From positions 53,463-117,462 of the forward strand of contig CAVUEZ010000002.1 of NCBI GenBank assembly GCA_963740615.1: DNA of 64,000 bases, read 5' to 3'. Under the pieces are notes generated by a model. That model ran no database searches. It was not told the origin of the DNA and saw only the letters and a program-made list of their open reading frames with translations. Positions 34,986 through 49,085 of the stretch are shown in pieces. How positions within the stretch are numbered: position 1 is the first letter of the stretch; the number at the start of each line of letters is the position of its first letter. The translations under genes were made by a program, and so were the position numbers. This DNA comes from Terriglobia bacterium. Lineage in GTDB: Bacteria; Acidobacteriota; Terriglobia; Terriglobales; Acidobacteriaceae.

Positions 34986-37530
34986 GACGAGCAGGGTGAG
35001 GTCGTCGGCCTGCTCGCCCACGCTGAAGCGCTCGAACGTCGGCGACGATCGCGTCCAGCAATTGATCGGCGGCGGCGTGGCAGTGGCGGTGCAAGACCTG
35101 AAGCAGGCGCTCTTCCCCGTACTCCTCGCCGTCTTTGCCCATGGATTCGGTGACCCCGTCGGTAAAGACGACGAGCACGTCGCCGGGCGAGATGGCGGCT
35201 TCCAATACCGAGCAGTCCCACTCCGGAAACAGGCCGAGGACGGTGGTGTTGGAATCCAGGCGCTGGATCTCTCCGGCGTCGCGCAGCAGCAGCGGGGCGT
35301 TGTGGCCGCAGTTGACGTAGCGCAGGATGCGCGTGGCTTCGTCGTAGAAGCCGAAGAACGCGGTGGCGTAGTGGCAGTTGTCGGTGTTCTTGTAGAAGAG
35401 CTGGTTCACGGAGCGCAGCAGGCGCGGGATGTCCTCCAGGGCGAGGGCGTACTGGCTGCGCAGGTTGGCCTGCAGGTTGGCCATGAGCAGCGCGCCGGAA
35501 ATCCCCTTGCCGGAGATGTCGGCGAGCACCAGCCCGAGGCGTCCGGAGCCGAGATCGAGAAAATCGTAATAATCGCCGCCGACGGCGCGCGTCTGGATGC
35601 AGCGGCCGGCGCATTCCAGGGTGGGCAGCTGCGGCGCCTGCTGCGGCAGAAGCTTGATCTGCACCTGGCGCGCGATTTCCATCTCCTGGGCGGCGCGGCG
35701 CTCGGCCTCCATGCGCTCCGCCATTTTCTCGGCGAGCGCGATGCTGCGCATGGCGATGCCGGCCTGGGTGGCGACGGAGGCGAGCAGGCGCTTGTCGTCG
35801 CGGGAGTAAGGCTCGTCGGAGAGCCGCGGACCCAGAACCGCCAGCCCTTGCAGGTCGCCGCCGTCGGCGCCGCGGATGGGCACCAGGCACTCCGCATGCG
35901 GGACGCCCAGCGAGGCGCTCTCCGGATTTTCCGGATCAACATCCACGGGCTGCGAGCCGCCATCCTTGGCCGACGGCCAGAGCTGGGGCGCGATCTCGCG
36001 GACGGCGCCGTTGCCGACGTGCGCCAGCAGGCGGGAGTCGGGCGTCCGCAGATAGACGGCGAGGGAGCGCGGATGCAGCGCCTCGCGGATGTGGCGCTCC
36101 AGCAGGGCGGCCAGGCCCTCGCGGTCAGTGACGGTGAGGGTGCGCGCCGCCAGCTCTTCCAGAATCTGCTGCGCGTCGTAAGCGCTGCGGAAGAAGGCGC
36201 GGTCCAGGCGCTTGCGCACGCGCCGGTGAAGCTCGGTGCCGCCGGCCACCAGCAGCACGCCAAAGGTGGCGCCGACGGGGATGGCCAGTTTGGCGCCGGC
36301 GGCGAAGCGCGCGGAAAAAGCGTCGGCCAGCAGGAAGGTGGCGACGACCGCCAGGCCGAGCAACAGGGCGACGAAGCCGCGCTCCACCACCAGGTAACGG
36401 GCGCTGCGCTTGAGCAGCACCGGAATGTCGAGCACGCGATGCTTGACCACGGCGTAGGCGAAGGAGAGCGGAAACAGGAAGAGCATCAGCGGGTAGGCCA
36501 GGTTCAGCCAGAAGGGAGGCTGCCAGCGCGCGAAATCCTGGATGCTTCGCACGAGGACCGCGGGCGTGATGCCGACCACCGCCCCCCACATGACTACGCG
36601 TATCTTGCGCTGGGTCTCCGGGCTGGAATCGGCGCGGGCGGTGGCAACCAGCGCCGCCAAGCCCAGGACCACGGCCGCGTAAATGTAAGCGAGACGGGAA
36701 ACCTCAGCGGCTTTCACGCCTACCAGGTGAACGATGAAGGCCGGGGTACGCGGGTCGCCGGAGCGGATTCCGCCGATCACAATGACGGCGGCGGGAGCGA
36801 ACAAGACGTATTTCAGCCACGGGAAGCGGCGGTCAATGGGGGAGCGCGCCGGGAAGACGGAGAAAAACAGGTAGAGCATGGCGCCGATGATGCTGTCGAA
36901 GACGGCGCGATAAGCCAGCATGTAAGTGCGCAACGGCGCGGGCGCGGTGGTAAGGACAGGCAAGCTGGGCGCGGCGATGAAGGCGCTGAATAAAAGCGCC
37001 AGCAGCCAGGCATTGCGGTCCTCCAGGCGCATGAACAGCACCGGCAGGCCGACCAGCAGGAAGAAGAGCGGGAAGGAGCTGGTAATTTCGTCGAGCCAGG
37101 AAAGCAGATGCTGCACGCTGCTTGGGCGGGCGACGGTGCGCGCACGAAAGGCGGCCGGCAAGAGCAGCGGCTGTGGCTGGCCGGGACGGTGGACCGTCAA
37201 CTGCACTGGATCGCCGGGACGAGCCGCCATCCAAATCGCGGTCATGGGCGCGCTGCTCGCCGCCAAGCTGTGACCGTTGACCGCCGTGATGCAATCGTCC
37301 GGCTTAAGGCCGGCGTGCTCGGCGGGGCTGTTGGGCACCACCGAGACAATGAATTCGCAGCCCAGTTCCTGCCGGCGGTCGTTCTGGAAGCCCAACTCGA
37401 CCGCGGCCTGGGGAGGGGTCTGGCGCACGTAGTACATCCAGGCGGCGCTATAGAGAACGGCCGCCGCGGCAAACACGATGGCGGCCAGCAATAGCCACGT
37501 TCTCCGGGTTGTGGCGGGGCGCGTCTCCAT
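34959..37530 (-). CDS. Membrane PDZ-GAF-PP2C (SpoIIE-type) protein phosphatase; frameshift near 35040
   Basis: Starts at METRPATT (37530). PDZ (VVPNSPAEHAGLKPDDCITAVNG), about 10 TM helices, GAF-like region, and PP2C/SpoIIE (GGDYYDF...LADISGKG...VVFTDGVTES). The family-typical tail FERFSVGEQADDLTLLVARAL is in a shifted frame, so the 1135-aa track ORF is an artefact. Confidence 0.8.
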
Positions 37531-37604
37531 GTGGTCAGAAGCTACAAGTGTAGCCGAGTTGGACGGGCGCGCGCCGTCTTCGTGCGGCGGCGGAATTTCT
37601 GCCG

Positions 37605-38660
37605 CTATGGTTTTTGCTGCTCGATGCGCTCGATCAGCTTGGGATCGTTGGGCAGCAGGCCGGAGGCGGGCAGGCGCGGGGTCAGCTCCGCCCAGCTCGG
37701 CTGGATCGCGAACGCTTTCTTGAACAGCGGCAGGGCTTCGTCCACGCGCTTCATGTTGACCAGCGCGACGGCGTGCCAATAGATCATCTCCGCCAGGCGG
37801 CTGGGAAGAACGCCGGGGGTGCTGGAGGCGATGTTTTCGGCTTCGCTGTACTCGCGCAGCGCGGCCTGGTTGTCATGATGCTCGGTGGCCAGGTCGCCGG
37901 CGTTCATGTGGTTGTAAGCGCGCTGCAGGGCGACCAGGCGACGGAGTTCTTTCAGCGGCTCGGCGGCATCGTCTACCCGGAGATCGAAGATTCGGCCCAT
38001 CCACGGCGCGGGCTGGCGCTTGCCTTCGACCACGATCAGCGCCGCCGACTGGCGTCCGCGAATGTCGCCGCCGACAGCCTGCGCGGCATCGAGGGCGGCG
38101 AGCAGGCGGTCAGCCAAGTCGCCCTTGGCTTCCTGGTAGGCCTTGGCCATGGCGGGCCAGACTTTGTCGCTGGACATGAGGTTGGCTTCGGTGGAGAAGT
38201 CTGTCCCAACCGAAAACATTCCGCCGCTGACCGGTTCCGCTTTCTCGGTCGTCCCGCCGGCAATATGCCCCGCGGCGTGGATGTCCTTGGCTCCGGTCCA
38301 GACAGCGACCTTTCCGGTGTCATCAATGAAGGCGACTTGGCGCACGCTACGGTTCGGATCAGCGTTCAACAACCCGCGCAGCGCATCGGGTGCGCTCTTG
38401 CCGGCGCGCATCAGGTCCAGTCCGAGCGGGCCGTAGCTGGGATCGACGAAGGACTGGGTGGCGACGGCGCCCACGCCGGCTTCCGCCCAAGTGACGATGG
38501 AGCCGACGGAAAACCAGTGAGACTGGACGGCGACGCCGATCTGGCCGGTGGCGGGATCGCGGGCGACGATGGAGAAGGTGTGGACGGGGCGGGGTTGCGC
38601 AAAAGCTGAACCGCAGAGGAGGCAAAGGACACAAAGGAGATCTTTCATCGTTGGTCGCAC
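37605..38660 (-). CDS. DUF1028-family (Ntn-hydrolase-like) secreted protein with a C-terminal helical-repeat region
   Basis: Signal peptide, then FSIVARDPATGQIGVAVQSHWFSVGSIVTWAEAGVGAVATQSF, typical of DUF1028. Confidence 0.8.
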   Translation of the reverse strand: MRPTMKDLLCVLCLLCGSAFAQPRPVHTFSIVARDPATGQIGVAVQSHWFSVGSIVTWAEAGVGAVATQSFVDPSYGPLGLDLMRAGKSAPDALRGLLNADPNRSVRQVAFIDDTGKVAVWTGAKDIHAAGHIAGGTTEKAEPVSGGMFSVGTDFSTEANLMSSDKVWPAMAKAYQEAKGDLADRLLAALDAAQAVGGDIRGRQSAALIVVEGKRQPAPWMGRIFDLRVDDAAEPLKELRRLVALQRAYNHMNAGDLATEHHDNQAALREYSEAENIASSTPGVLPSRLAEMIYWHAVALVNMKRVDEALPLFKKAFAIQPSWAELTPRLPASGLLPNDPKLIERIEQQKP

Positions 38661-38733
38661 GGGGTATTCCCCCTTTCCCCGGGGTGATGTTTGAGAATTA
38701 ACAGGTTGCGGAGGAAGGCCCGCAGATCAAAGC

Positions 38734-39159
38734 TTAAAACAAGTCGGTATTCAAGCCAGCGATGAACTGTATTCCCGGAATGTTTTTTCCCAGCAGCGAA
38801 GAGTCACTTGTCAGGAACAAGTCCGTGCCAACGGAGGCGGCACATGCCAAGTGGATGGCGTCGGCCGGGGAAACGCGAAATCTCGAGCGGATGCTGGCGT
38901 AATGAACGGCGGAATTGCCGTCGAATGCCAACACTTGCACAAACGGTGACTCGAAAAATTCTGTGACCTTAGCGGAGGCATCGGTGGCTCCTTTCCTATA
39001 CGGCCCAACCAACACTTCCGCGAAAGCAAGCGCGCTAGTGCACAGTTGGTCGCCCCGGGCGTGTATGCGCGAAAGAATCTCGGCGACGCGCGCGGAATAA
39101 CGCTCGTTCTCCTCCAGCAGGTAGACGAATAGCATGGTGTCCAAAAAGATTCGGCTCAT
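38734..39159 (-). CDS. vapC: PIN-domain ribonuclease toxin (VapC-like)
   Basis: MSRIFLDTMLFVY (Asp), ...AFAEV..., ...FLTSD. About 141 aa. The start overlaps the upstream stop (ATGA). Confidence 0.85.
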   Translation of the reverse strand: MSRIFLDTMLFVYLLEENERYSARVAEILSRIHARGDQLCTSALAFAEVLVGPYRKGATDASAKVTEFFESPFVQVLAFDGNSAVHYASIRSRFRVSPADAIHLACAASVGTDLFLTSDSSLLGKNIPGIQFIAGLNTDLF

Positions 39160-39592
39160 CCTCCCCTTCTTTTTTCGTCTTCTTCGATCGCGGCCGAAAA
39201 TGCCTCTCGTTCGGAGCGGATGAAATTTTCTCCGCCACCAAGCTCGCGAAAAACGTCGCGCAGAATTCCGCGTAAAGCTAAAAACGGATGTTCCCCGGCG
39301 TGGTTGGCAGTGGCTTGGCAAATTCGTAGGTGATGGTCACGGATGTACTGAATCCAGAAGGAGGACCCTTCTTCTCGACAATCCGCAAGCCATTCTCGCG
39401 CAGAAATTTAGACGATTGCAGAACACTGCAGACTTGAGGGACGCGGTTATGCAGATGCATGGCTCGGTGCACGTCGCCGGCGTTGACGGTGAAGCGTGAG
39501 GAAGACTGATGCCGCGCCTTTCCCACATATTCCCTAGCGACGAACTCGCGGATGGCGGATGAGACTCCGGTCAATGTCGGGCCCATAAACAC
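39156..39592 (-). CDS. Candidate VapB-like antitoxin region, possibly one frameshifted gene
   Basis: The C-terminal reading ..HPFLALRGILRDVFRELGGGENFIRSEREAFSAAIEEDEKRRGG* ends in an ATGA overlap with vapC but has no start codon. It can be joined to the 104-aa ORF 39278-39592 by a 1-nt shift at the GGGG run near 39300. Confidence 0.35.
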
Positions 39593-39681
39593 ATCAGGTA
39601 ATAACTAGCATTATCTGTCTTTAGCTGTCAATGTCCGTCTTAGTGGTCTCCTGAGATGTCGGCTCCCGGAAATTGGCGTTT

Positions 39682-43021
<3,340 letters not shown>

Positions 43022-44158
43022 CTATCCTCTTCCCTTCCACTCCTCCATCATGGCCACGAAATCGTTGAACAGGTAGTGCGAGTCGTGCGGTCCCGGGCTG
43101 GCTTCGGGGTGGTACTGGACGGAGAACAGCGGGAGGCGGCGGTGGCGCAGGCCCTCCAGCGTCTGGTCGTTCAGGTCCATGTGGGTCAATTCGACCTCGC
43201 TCGGCGCCAGCGAATCGGGGTCGACGGCGAAGTTATGGTTATGGGCGGTGATCTCGACCTTGCCGGTTTGCAACTGCTTCACCGGATGATTGCCGCCGTG
43301 GTGGCCGAACTTCAGTTTGTAGGTGCGGCCTCCGAGCGCCAAGCCGATCAACTGGTGGCCGAGACAGATGCCGAATATCGGGACACGACCCATCAGGCGC
43401 CGGATGTTTTCTTGGGCGTAGGTGCAGGGCTCGGGGTCGCCGGGCCCGTTGGAGAGAAAGACGCCGTCGGGCTTGAGGGCGAGCACGTCCTCGGCGTTGG
43501 TCTCGGCCGGAACGACGGTGACACGGCACTGCCGGCTGACCAGCTTGCGCAGGATGTTGTGCTTGATGCCGAAGTCGTAGGCGACGACGTGGCGGCTGGG
43601 CACGGCGTCCTTGACGCCGACCACTTCGGTGGGCTCGATGGAGCGCTCGCCGGTGTCCCAGACGTAGCGCTGCTTGGTGGAGACGACCTTGGCCAGGTCG
43701 GTGCCGTCCATCTTCGGAATGGAACGCGCCTTGGCGATCAGCTTGCCGGGATCGGTCTCGATGAGGGAGATGACGCCGCGCATGACGCCGTGATCGCGCA
43801 GGTGGCGGACCAGGGCGCGGGTATCGATATCGGCGAGCACCGGAATGCGGTAGCGCTCCAGGTATTCCTCGGCGACCTGCTGCGAGCGCCAGTTGGAGCT
43901 GATGCGGGAAAACTCGCGGACGATGAGGCCTTCGATGTAGGGGCGGGTGGCTTCGTTGTCGTCGTCGTTGGTGCCGTAGTTGCCGATCTGGGGATTGGTG
44001 AGGACGACGATCTGGCCGGCGTAGGACGGGTCGGTGAAGATTTCCTGGTAGCCGGTGATGCAGGTATTAAAAACAACTTCGCCGTAACATTCGCCCTGCG
44101 CACCAAAACCTTTGCCCTTGAAGATTCGCCCATCTTCGAGGGCCAAAATTGCCTGCAT
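43022..44158 (-). CDS. carA: Carbamoyl-phosphate synthase small (glutaminase) subunit
   Basis: [20 protein letters not shown]..., catalytic GICLGHQ and the HHG..HP region. Abuts the carB start. Confidence 0.95.
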   Translation of the reverse strand: MQAILALEDGRIFKGKGFGAQGECYGEVVFNTCITGYQEIFTDPSYAGQIVVLTNPQIGNYGTNDDDNEATRPYIEGLIVREFSRISSNWRSQQVAEEYLERYRIPVLADIDTRALVRHLRDHGVMRGVISLIETDPGKLIAKARSIPKMDGTDLAKVVSTKQRYVWDTGERSIEPTEVVGVKDAVPSRHVVAYDFGIKHNILRKLVSRQCRVTVVPAETNAEDVLALKPDGVFLSNGPGDPEPCTYAQENIRRLMGRVPIFGICLGHQLIGLALGGRTYKLKFGHHGGNHPVKQLQTGKVEITAHNHNFAVDPDSLAPSEVELTHMDLNDQTLEGLRHRRLPLFSVQYHPEASPGPHDSHYLFNDFVAMMEEWKGRG

Positions 44159-44365
44159 CGGGTCTCCCGGGAGTGGATTTTCCGAATTTTATCAGGTTTA
44201 AGGCAGGCGTGCGGATGGAAGAAATCGATTGGCCGCAATCGAAACGCTGGACCGCAAGCACGCGAGTGACTTGACGCTGGTTTCCGGCGGTCAGGGGAAG
44301 GACATCGTCGGAGGTGCTGCAGGACCCCTGCCTGCTGTTGCGCCGTTGCATGGCACAGCAAGGAT

Positions 44366-44845
44366 TCAGTGCGGGTCGGATGAGCCGCCGTCGGCGACGA
44401 CCTTCCAGCTTCCGTCGGATTGCTTGCGCCAGACAGTGAGATAGGCGCCCTCGTGGACGACCTGGTTGCCATGGTCGTCCCGGCGCTGCTGGCGGAAACG
44501 CCCCGTGCTGTAGCCCATGTTGCCGGAGGGAAAGATCTCGCCGCGGGTGGGCTGCCAGGAGAGGCTGTAGCCGGGGTCGGCGAAGAGGGACTGGAAATGG
44601 GCGCGAATGGCATCCTTGCCGATGATGGGCTTGGAGGAAAAGAGCACGGCATCATCGGCCATGTGGGCCATCCAGCCCTCCAGACGAAGGCTGGCAGTAT
44701 CGCGGGCGAAGGCGCGGTCGGCCTGAAGGAGAACAGCGGGGCCGCCGCTTTCGGCGAGCGAGGCCGACTTGGGCGGCGCGGGGAGCGTGGTTTGGGCGGC
44801 GGCGATGGCGGCCAGCAGAAACACGGTAGCGGCGAGCTGCTTCAT
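44366..44845 (-). CDS. Secreted SnoaL-like/DUF4440 (NTF2-fold) protein
   Basis: Signal peptide. ADRAFARDTASLRLEGWMAHMADDAVLF...YLTVWRKQSDGSWKVVAD is typical of DUF4440. Confidence 0.65.
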   Translation of the reverse strand: MKQLAATVFLLAAIAAAQTTLPAPPKSASLAESGGPAVLLQADRAFARDTASLRLEGWMAHMADDAVLFSSKPIIGKDAIRAHFQSLFADPGYSLSWQPTRGEIFPSGNMGYSTGRFRQQRRDDHGNQVVHEGAYLTVWRKQSDGSWKVVADGGSSDPH

Positions 44846-44943
44846 GGCGAGGGAGACTACAAGAAGCGGCGGCGGCTTGTCGATGGATTTGGCCAGGGCT
44901 GGTATGTAAATACAGATTTCCGGGGTGAATGGCTGAAATCCGG

Positions 44944-45504
44944 TTACTTCACCATGCCCATGCGGTCCACGGGCCAGTAGCCGAAGACGGCTTTGCCGTA
45001 GATGAAGCGCCGGCTGACGGCTCCGAAGTCGCGGCTGTCGCTGGAGGAGCTGCGGTGGTCGCCGAGCAGGAAGTAAGAGCCGGAAGGGACAACGGTTTCG
45101 GGCAGGGAGCGCTGGTCGGCGAAGTCGGAAGGCACGTAGGGTTCGCGGAGCCGGTGGCCGTTGACGTAGACCTGCCCGTCGTCGATGCGGATGCGATCGC
45201 CCGGCAGGGCGATGACGCGCTTGATGTAGCTCTTGGAAGGATCACGAGGATAGCGGAAGACAACCACGTCGCCACGCTCGACCGGCTCGAAGTTGTAAAC
45301 AAACTTGTTGATGAAGATGCGCTCCTGATCGTCGAGACCGGGCATCATGCTGGTGCCTTCCACCTTCACCGGCTGGTAGAGAAAGACAATGATGAAGGTG
45401 GAGACCAGCAGGGAGACGAGCAGGTCGCGTCCCCAGGCCAGAAGCGAAGGCGTCCGGCGTGGCGGTTCGGGGATGCGAGCGGGAGCTGAGGCGGCGAGTT
45501 CCAT
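44944..45504 (-). CDS. lepB: Signal peptidase I
   Basis: VKVEGTSMMPGL (catalytic Ser box), GDVVVFRYP, YIKRVIALPGD, FLLGDHRSSSSDSR. ATG 45504 is preferred over the longer track ORF. Confidence 0.85.
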   Translation of the reverse strand: MELAASAPARIPEPPRRTPSLLAWGRDLLVSLLVSTFIIVFLYQPVKVEGTSMMPGLDDQERIFINKFVYNFEPVERGDVVVFRYPRDPSKSYIKRVIALPGDRIRIDDGQVYVNGHRLREPYVPSDFADQRSLPETVVPSGSYFLLGDHRSSSSDSRDFGAVSRRFIYGKAVFGYWPVDRMGMVK

Positions 45505-45703
45505 CCTGCTTGTAATTGTACAAGGAGTGCTGCGGCCGGAAAAAAGTTGCATTTGTTTGTTGGCAGCGGACAGCCGGGCAGCGGCACGGCGCCAAGCCGA
45601 GTCATCCTTGATGCGGTAAGTCCACGCCGTTTCAAGGCACTCGGGACAGGTGTTCCAGCAATACTTGAATGGCGCCAAGCTGCCGGGCGCGAACGGGCGC
45701 CGC

Positions 45704-47773
45704 TTAGCCGGGAGGAGAGGACATCAGCAGCCTGGCTTTGCGCTCCGATTCCTGGGCTTTTTGCAGATCGCCGGAGCGCTTGTAGAGGTTAGCGAGGGCG
45801 AGGTTGAGCGGACCGCTGTGCGCGTTGAGGGCGAGGGCGGATTGCAGCAGGGCAACCGCCTTGCGCGTCTGGCCGCCGCGATCCAGGCTCTCGGCGGTGC
45901 GCAGCACGGTCAGCTCGTCGTTGGTGCCGTCAACGTTGCCGTGCGCGTACAGGTCGGCGATGGCGGGATAGGCGTGGCGGTCAAAATAAACGCCCACCAG
46001 CGCGGAGGTGAATTGAGCGTTATGCGGGTTCTTCCGCAGAGCCGACTTCAGCCAGCGCTCGGCATTGGCGTTGTCATGCGCGGCCAGGTAGCAGAGAGCG
46101 CGATGGTAGTCGGCAACACCGTTGAGGACCGAGTCCGCGAGGTGGTCGTCGTGGACATACCAGGTGGGAACGGGGCCCTGGCGGGAAATGCGGAAAGCCA
46201 GCGTGCCGTAAACCTTCTCCCTGGTCTGGGGATCGGTGACGGTAATGGCGAGGCGATAGTTCCCTACCGGCAAGGTGGATACGGGAATTTTCTTTCCGGT
46301 CAGCAGCGCTCCGGCACGGTCGAACTGGTCGCGCGAGACTTCCTCGCGCAGCACCTTGGAATCGCCCGGCATGCCCGGCCTGCCGTAGCCATACTCCACC
46401 GAGATTTTCTTGCCGGCGTTGTCGTGCGGGTCCGAGGGCGGTTCGCGAAGCTGATAGAAGACCTGAAGGTCCTGGCCGACAACCAGGTCGGCGTGCGCGC
46501 CGACCTCGGGCTGGAAGCGGACACCGGCAACCGCGAACGGCACCTGCCCCTGCTGCAGCCGTCCGATGGGCTCGACGGCGGAAAACGCCACCGGCTCGGT
46601 CATCCACAATCCGCTGGCCGGGGGAGCGGGAATGGCCACCTGGCGCTCGGCGCGAAAGGCCGTCTGCTTCACCTTGTTGGTCAGGGTGAACTCGATTTTG
46701 TACTTGCCCGGGGGCAGGGGAAGCAGGCCCTCATAGGCGAGCGCCTTGTTCTTCATGCTCTGAAACTCGGTGTCGGAGAGGTAATGGGAGAGCGAGTCGG
46801 TTTGCGTGAAGATGGGCTGATTGCCGGGCGTGAGGACGCGCGCCGTCACTTCCAGGGCGTAGTAATAACGGTCGCCCTTGGCCTGGGCGATGGCGAAATC
46901 CTCGGGCCGGCGCAAGCGCAGCGCGTAGTGCAGATTCACGGTCCCGTCGACTTCCTGGAGAGGGACGGCGAGAACGTCGAGAAACTCGTTGCCCAGCAAG
47001 ACGCGGTGGGTGACGCTTTCCAGGATCTCGCGGCGCCGGTTAAGCCGGTCCTTATTGATGGGCTGGTCGGGCAGGGTCTTGATGGCGGAAAGCATCACGT
47101 CCGACTGCAGGCTGGAGGCCGCCGTGTTCAGGTCCACCGGTTCGTCGGGGAGCAGGCTGAGCGCGGTGCGGGCGACCTCGTCTCCGAGCTGGCGCTGGAG
47201 CACGTTGAGGGAGCCGGCGCGCGAGCCGGGATCGGTGGTCACCAACTTTTCCGGGCCATCCATGTAAGGGCTGTAGAGCTTGTAACCGCTGGTCTGGTCG
47301 GGTTTGTAGAAAACAATGTAGAAGTACGGCGGCAATGCGGGATTGGTGTTCTGGTAGAACCAGATTTCCATCGGACGCACTTTTTGATAGCCGAGATAGA
47401 CGGCCTTTTGCTGCGGCTCGCCGAGTTCGATATAAACGCGGCCGCGGTCCGTGCGCCATCCGGGAGTGCCGGTGTCGAGGCCGAAGAACTGGTTGGCGTA
47501 GGCCAGGCGCCGGTAATGCTCCTCGCGGTAAGGATTGGTGGGAGCTCCCGGCGAGGGATTGCGGATCTCCCAGAAGCGCTGGATGAACTTGTCGCGGTCG
47601 GCATTGCTGGCGAGCTTGAGAAAAGCCCCGCGTTCCTCGTGGGTGATGATGTAAGCGACGTCGCGGTCCAGCCACTGGTGGTACCGCGGCGGCAAGGAAT
47701 CCTTTGCCTGCGCCAGCACGGCCACCAACATCAGGAGAACGCAAACCAGGCCTTTCGCAGCTTTGGTGAACAA
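45704..47773 (-). CDS. GWxTD-domain protein with C-terminal TPR repeats
   Basis: Signal peptide, the GTPGWRTDRGRVYIELGEP motif (GWxTD), and TPR-like helices at the C-terminus. Confidence 0.8.
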   Translation of the reverse strand: MFTKAAKGLVCVLLMLVAVLAQAKDSLPPRYHQWLDRDVAYIITHEERGAFLKLASNADRDKFIQRFWEIRNPSPGAPTNPYREEHYRRLAYANQFFGLDTGTPGWRTDRGRVYIELGEPQQKAVYLGYQKVRPMEIWFYQNTNPALPPYFYIVFYKPDQTSGYKLYSPYMDGPEKLVTTDPGSRAGSLNVLQRQLGDEVARTALSLLPDEPVDLNTAASSLQSDVMLSAIKTLPDQPINKDRLNRRREILESVTHRVLLGNEFLDVLAVPLQEVDGTVNLHYALRLRRPEDFAIAQAKGDRYYYALEVTARVLTPGNQPIFTQTDSLSHYLSDTEFQSMKNKALAYEGLLPLPPGKYKIEFTLTNKVKQTAFRAERQVAIPAPPASGLWMTEPVAFSAVEPIGRLQQGQVPFAVAGVRFQPEVGAHADLVVGQDLQVFYQLREPPSDPHDNAGKKISVEYGYGRPGMPGDSKVLREEVSRDQFDRAGALLTGKKIPVSTLPVGNYRLAITVTDPQTREKVYGTLAFRISRQGPVPTWYVHDDHLADSVLNGVADYHRALCYLAAHDNANAERWLKSALRKNPHNAQFTSALVGVYFDRHAYPAIADLYAHGNVDGTNDELTVLRTAESLDRGGQTRKAVALLQSALALNAHSGPLNLALANLYKRSGDLQKAQESERKARLLMSSPPG

Positions 47774-47871
47774 CGCGGCACCCCTGGGTAAGACATCTGT
47801 TCTGGAATTTGGATGCGGTGTGGGGGCGCCTTGAGGTCTGGCCCGGGGAAGAACGGCAGACCGGGCAGAGA

Positions 47872-48732
47872 CTACCTGGTCCAGGAAAACTCGCCGCGAA
47901 GCGTATCAACGCACAGCGAGGTGATGCCAACGGCCGCCGGGGAAAACAGGCCATCGAAATCCTCGGTTTCCTTGGCCTGGCTGTGGACCACAAAGGCGTG
48001 AGGCGAGCCCAGATCGTCGTCACCCAGCCGCGCCGAGGGTAGTCTCACCTCTTTCACGGCGAAGCGGCCCGCGATTCCATACGCTTCGCGGGTGGCAAGC
48101 GCGGCATGAACAACCGGCTTGCGGGCAAATAGCTCCATGTCGGAGGCGGCCGTGTCCACCAGGACGTTGATGGCGTGGCCGGCCACCTGAAGCGGCACCG
48201 CGAGCAGAGGAGCGTCGTGCACCAGGGGCACGCGATGGGAGCGGGCAACGCAGTCGCCCAGCACCAGCTTGTGAGTGCGGTAGTCAACGCTGAAACTGGT
48301 GCGGGCAAGCAGGTCAAGGCCGAGAATGCCATCAATGCCACGGCCAAAGGGCTTGCGCAGGAAGCGGAGGTCGCGCACCAGGACGGGGACGGAGTCGAAG
48401 CGGGCCGTGCCGACCTTGATGGCAGCGATGGTGGTTTCGGATACCGGAATGCCGGTGTCGACGGCTGCCATCCAGGCGTGCGTCAGGTGCTTGCGGAGCT
48501 GCCTGGCAAAACGCTGATCGATGATGGTACGTCCGCTGGCGGTATCGACCACAAAGTGCAGCCCGGACACGCCATCGATTGAACCCGAGACGATCACCAG
48601 AAAACCGCGATGCAGGTGGAAGCTGATCTCCGCCTTCGGAGCGGCCTTGGGGGTATGGGGGATATCCGACACGGGGTTGCCGCCGTGCAGCGACGCTGCC
48701 AGCCAGATGATGCCCATCAGCCACGGTGTCAT
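47872..48732 (-). CDS. Retropepsin-like aspartyl protease (two-lobed)
   Basis: Two D[TS][AG]-type motifs (FVVDTASGRTIID; VLVDTAASDMELF). Signal-like N-terminus from ATG 48732. Confidence 0.6.
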   Translation of the reverse strand: MTPWLMGIIWLAASLHGGNPVSDIPHTPKAAPKAEISFHLHRGFLVIVSGSIDGVSGLHFVVDTASGRTIIDQRFARQLRKHLTHAWMAAVDTGIPVSETTIAAIKVGTARFDSVPVLVRDLRFLRKPFGRGIDGILGLDLLARTSFSVDYRTHKLVLGDCVARSHRVPLVHDAPLLAVPLQVAGHAINVLVDTAASDMELFARKPVVHAALATREAYGIAGRFAVKEVRLPSARLGDDDLGSPHAFVVHSQAKETEDFDGLFSPAAVGITSLCVDTLRGEFSWTR

Positions 48733-49085
48733 CGCGCCCCCAGCCTCTTGAGCGCGCACTTTAGCCGCTACTCTGGACAGCAGCAATGCGAAATTTCCCT
48801 TAGATATCCGGTTTGTTACGGGGCACGAGGGAAAGGCGTGCGGCGGCAAGGGTGTGTAGATCCCCCCGGCACTGGTGGTGAAGACAGGGGTTGGGCCAGC
48901 CGAGTGGAGTCCCGCCGAGGACGCTAAAAAATATTTCGAGATAGTCCTACTACGAGCAACCGCAGAAACTCAGCTCAGCATCTCAGGCGGCGATGTACAG
49001 GTAGTACCACTACTATAGTGGTCTTCCTCTTCGGCCCTTTCCCGGTTCCCGCAGTACCAAATCCATACCAGCCAGGAGACGCTAA

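Noticed and set aside
34372-37779. 1135-aa minus-strand ORF taken at face value
   Set aside because: The upstream extension before METRP (37530) is Arg/Ala-rich junk. The tail after about 35040 runs antisense into the GT39 gene, because a 1-nt indel hides the true stop at 34959.
45650-47791. 713-aa plus-strand ORF
   Set aside because: Antisense shadow of the GWxTD/TPR gene.
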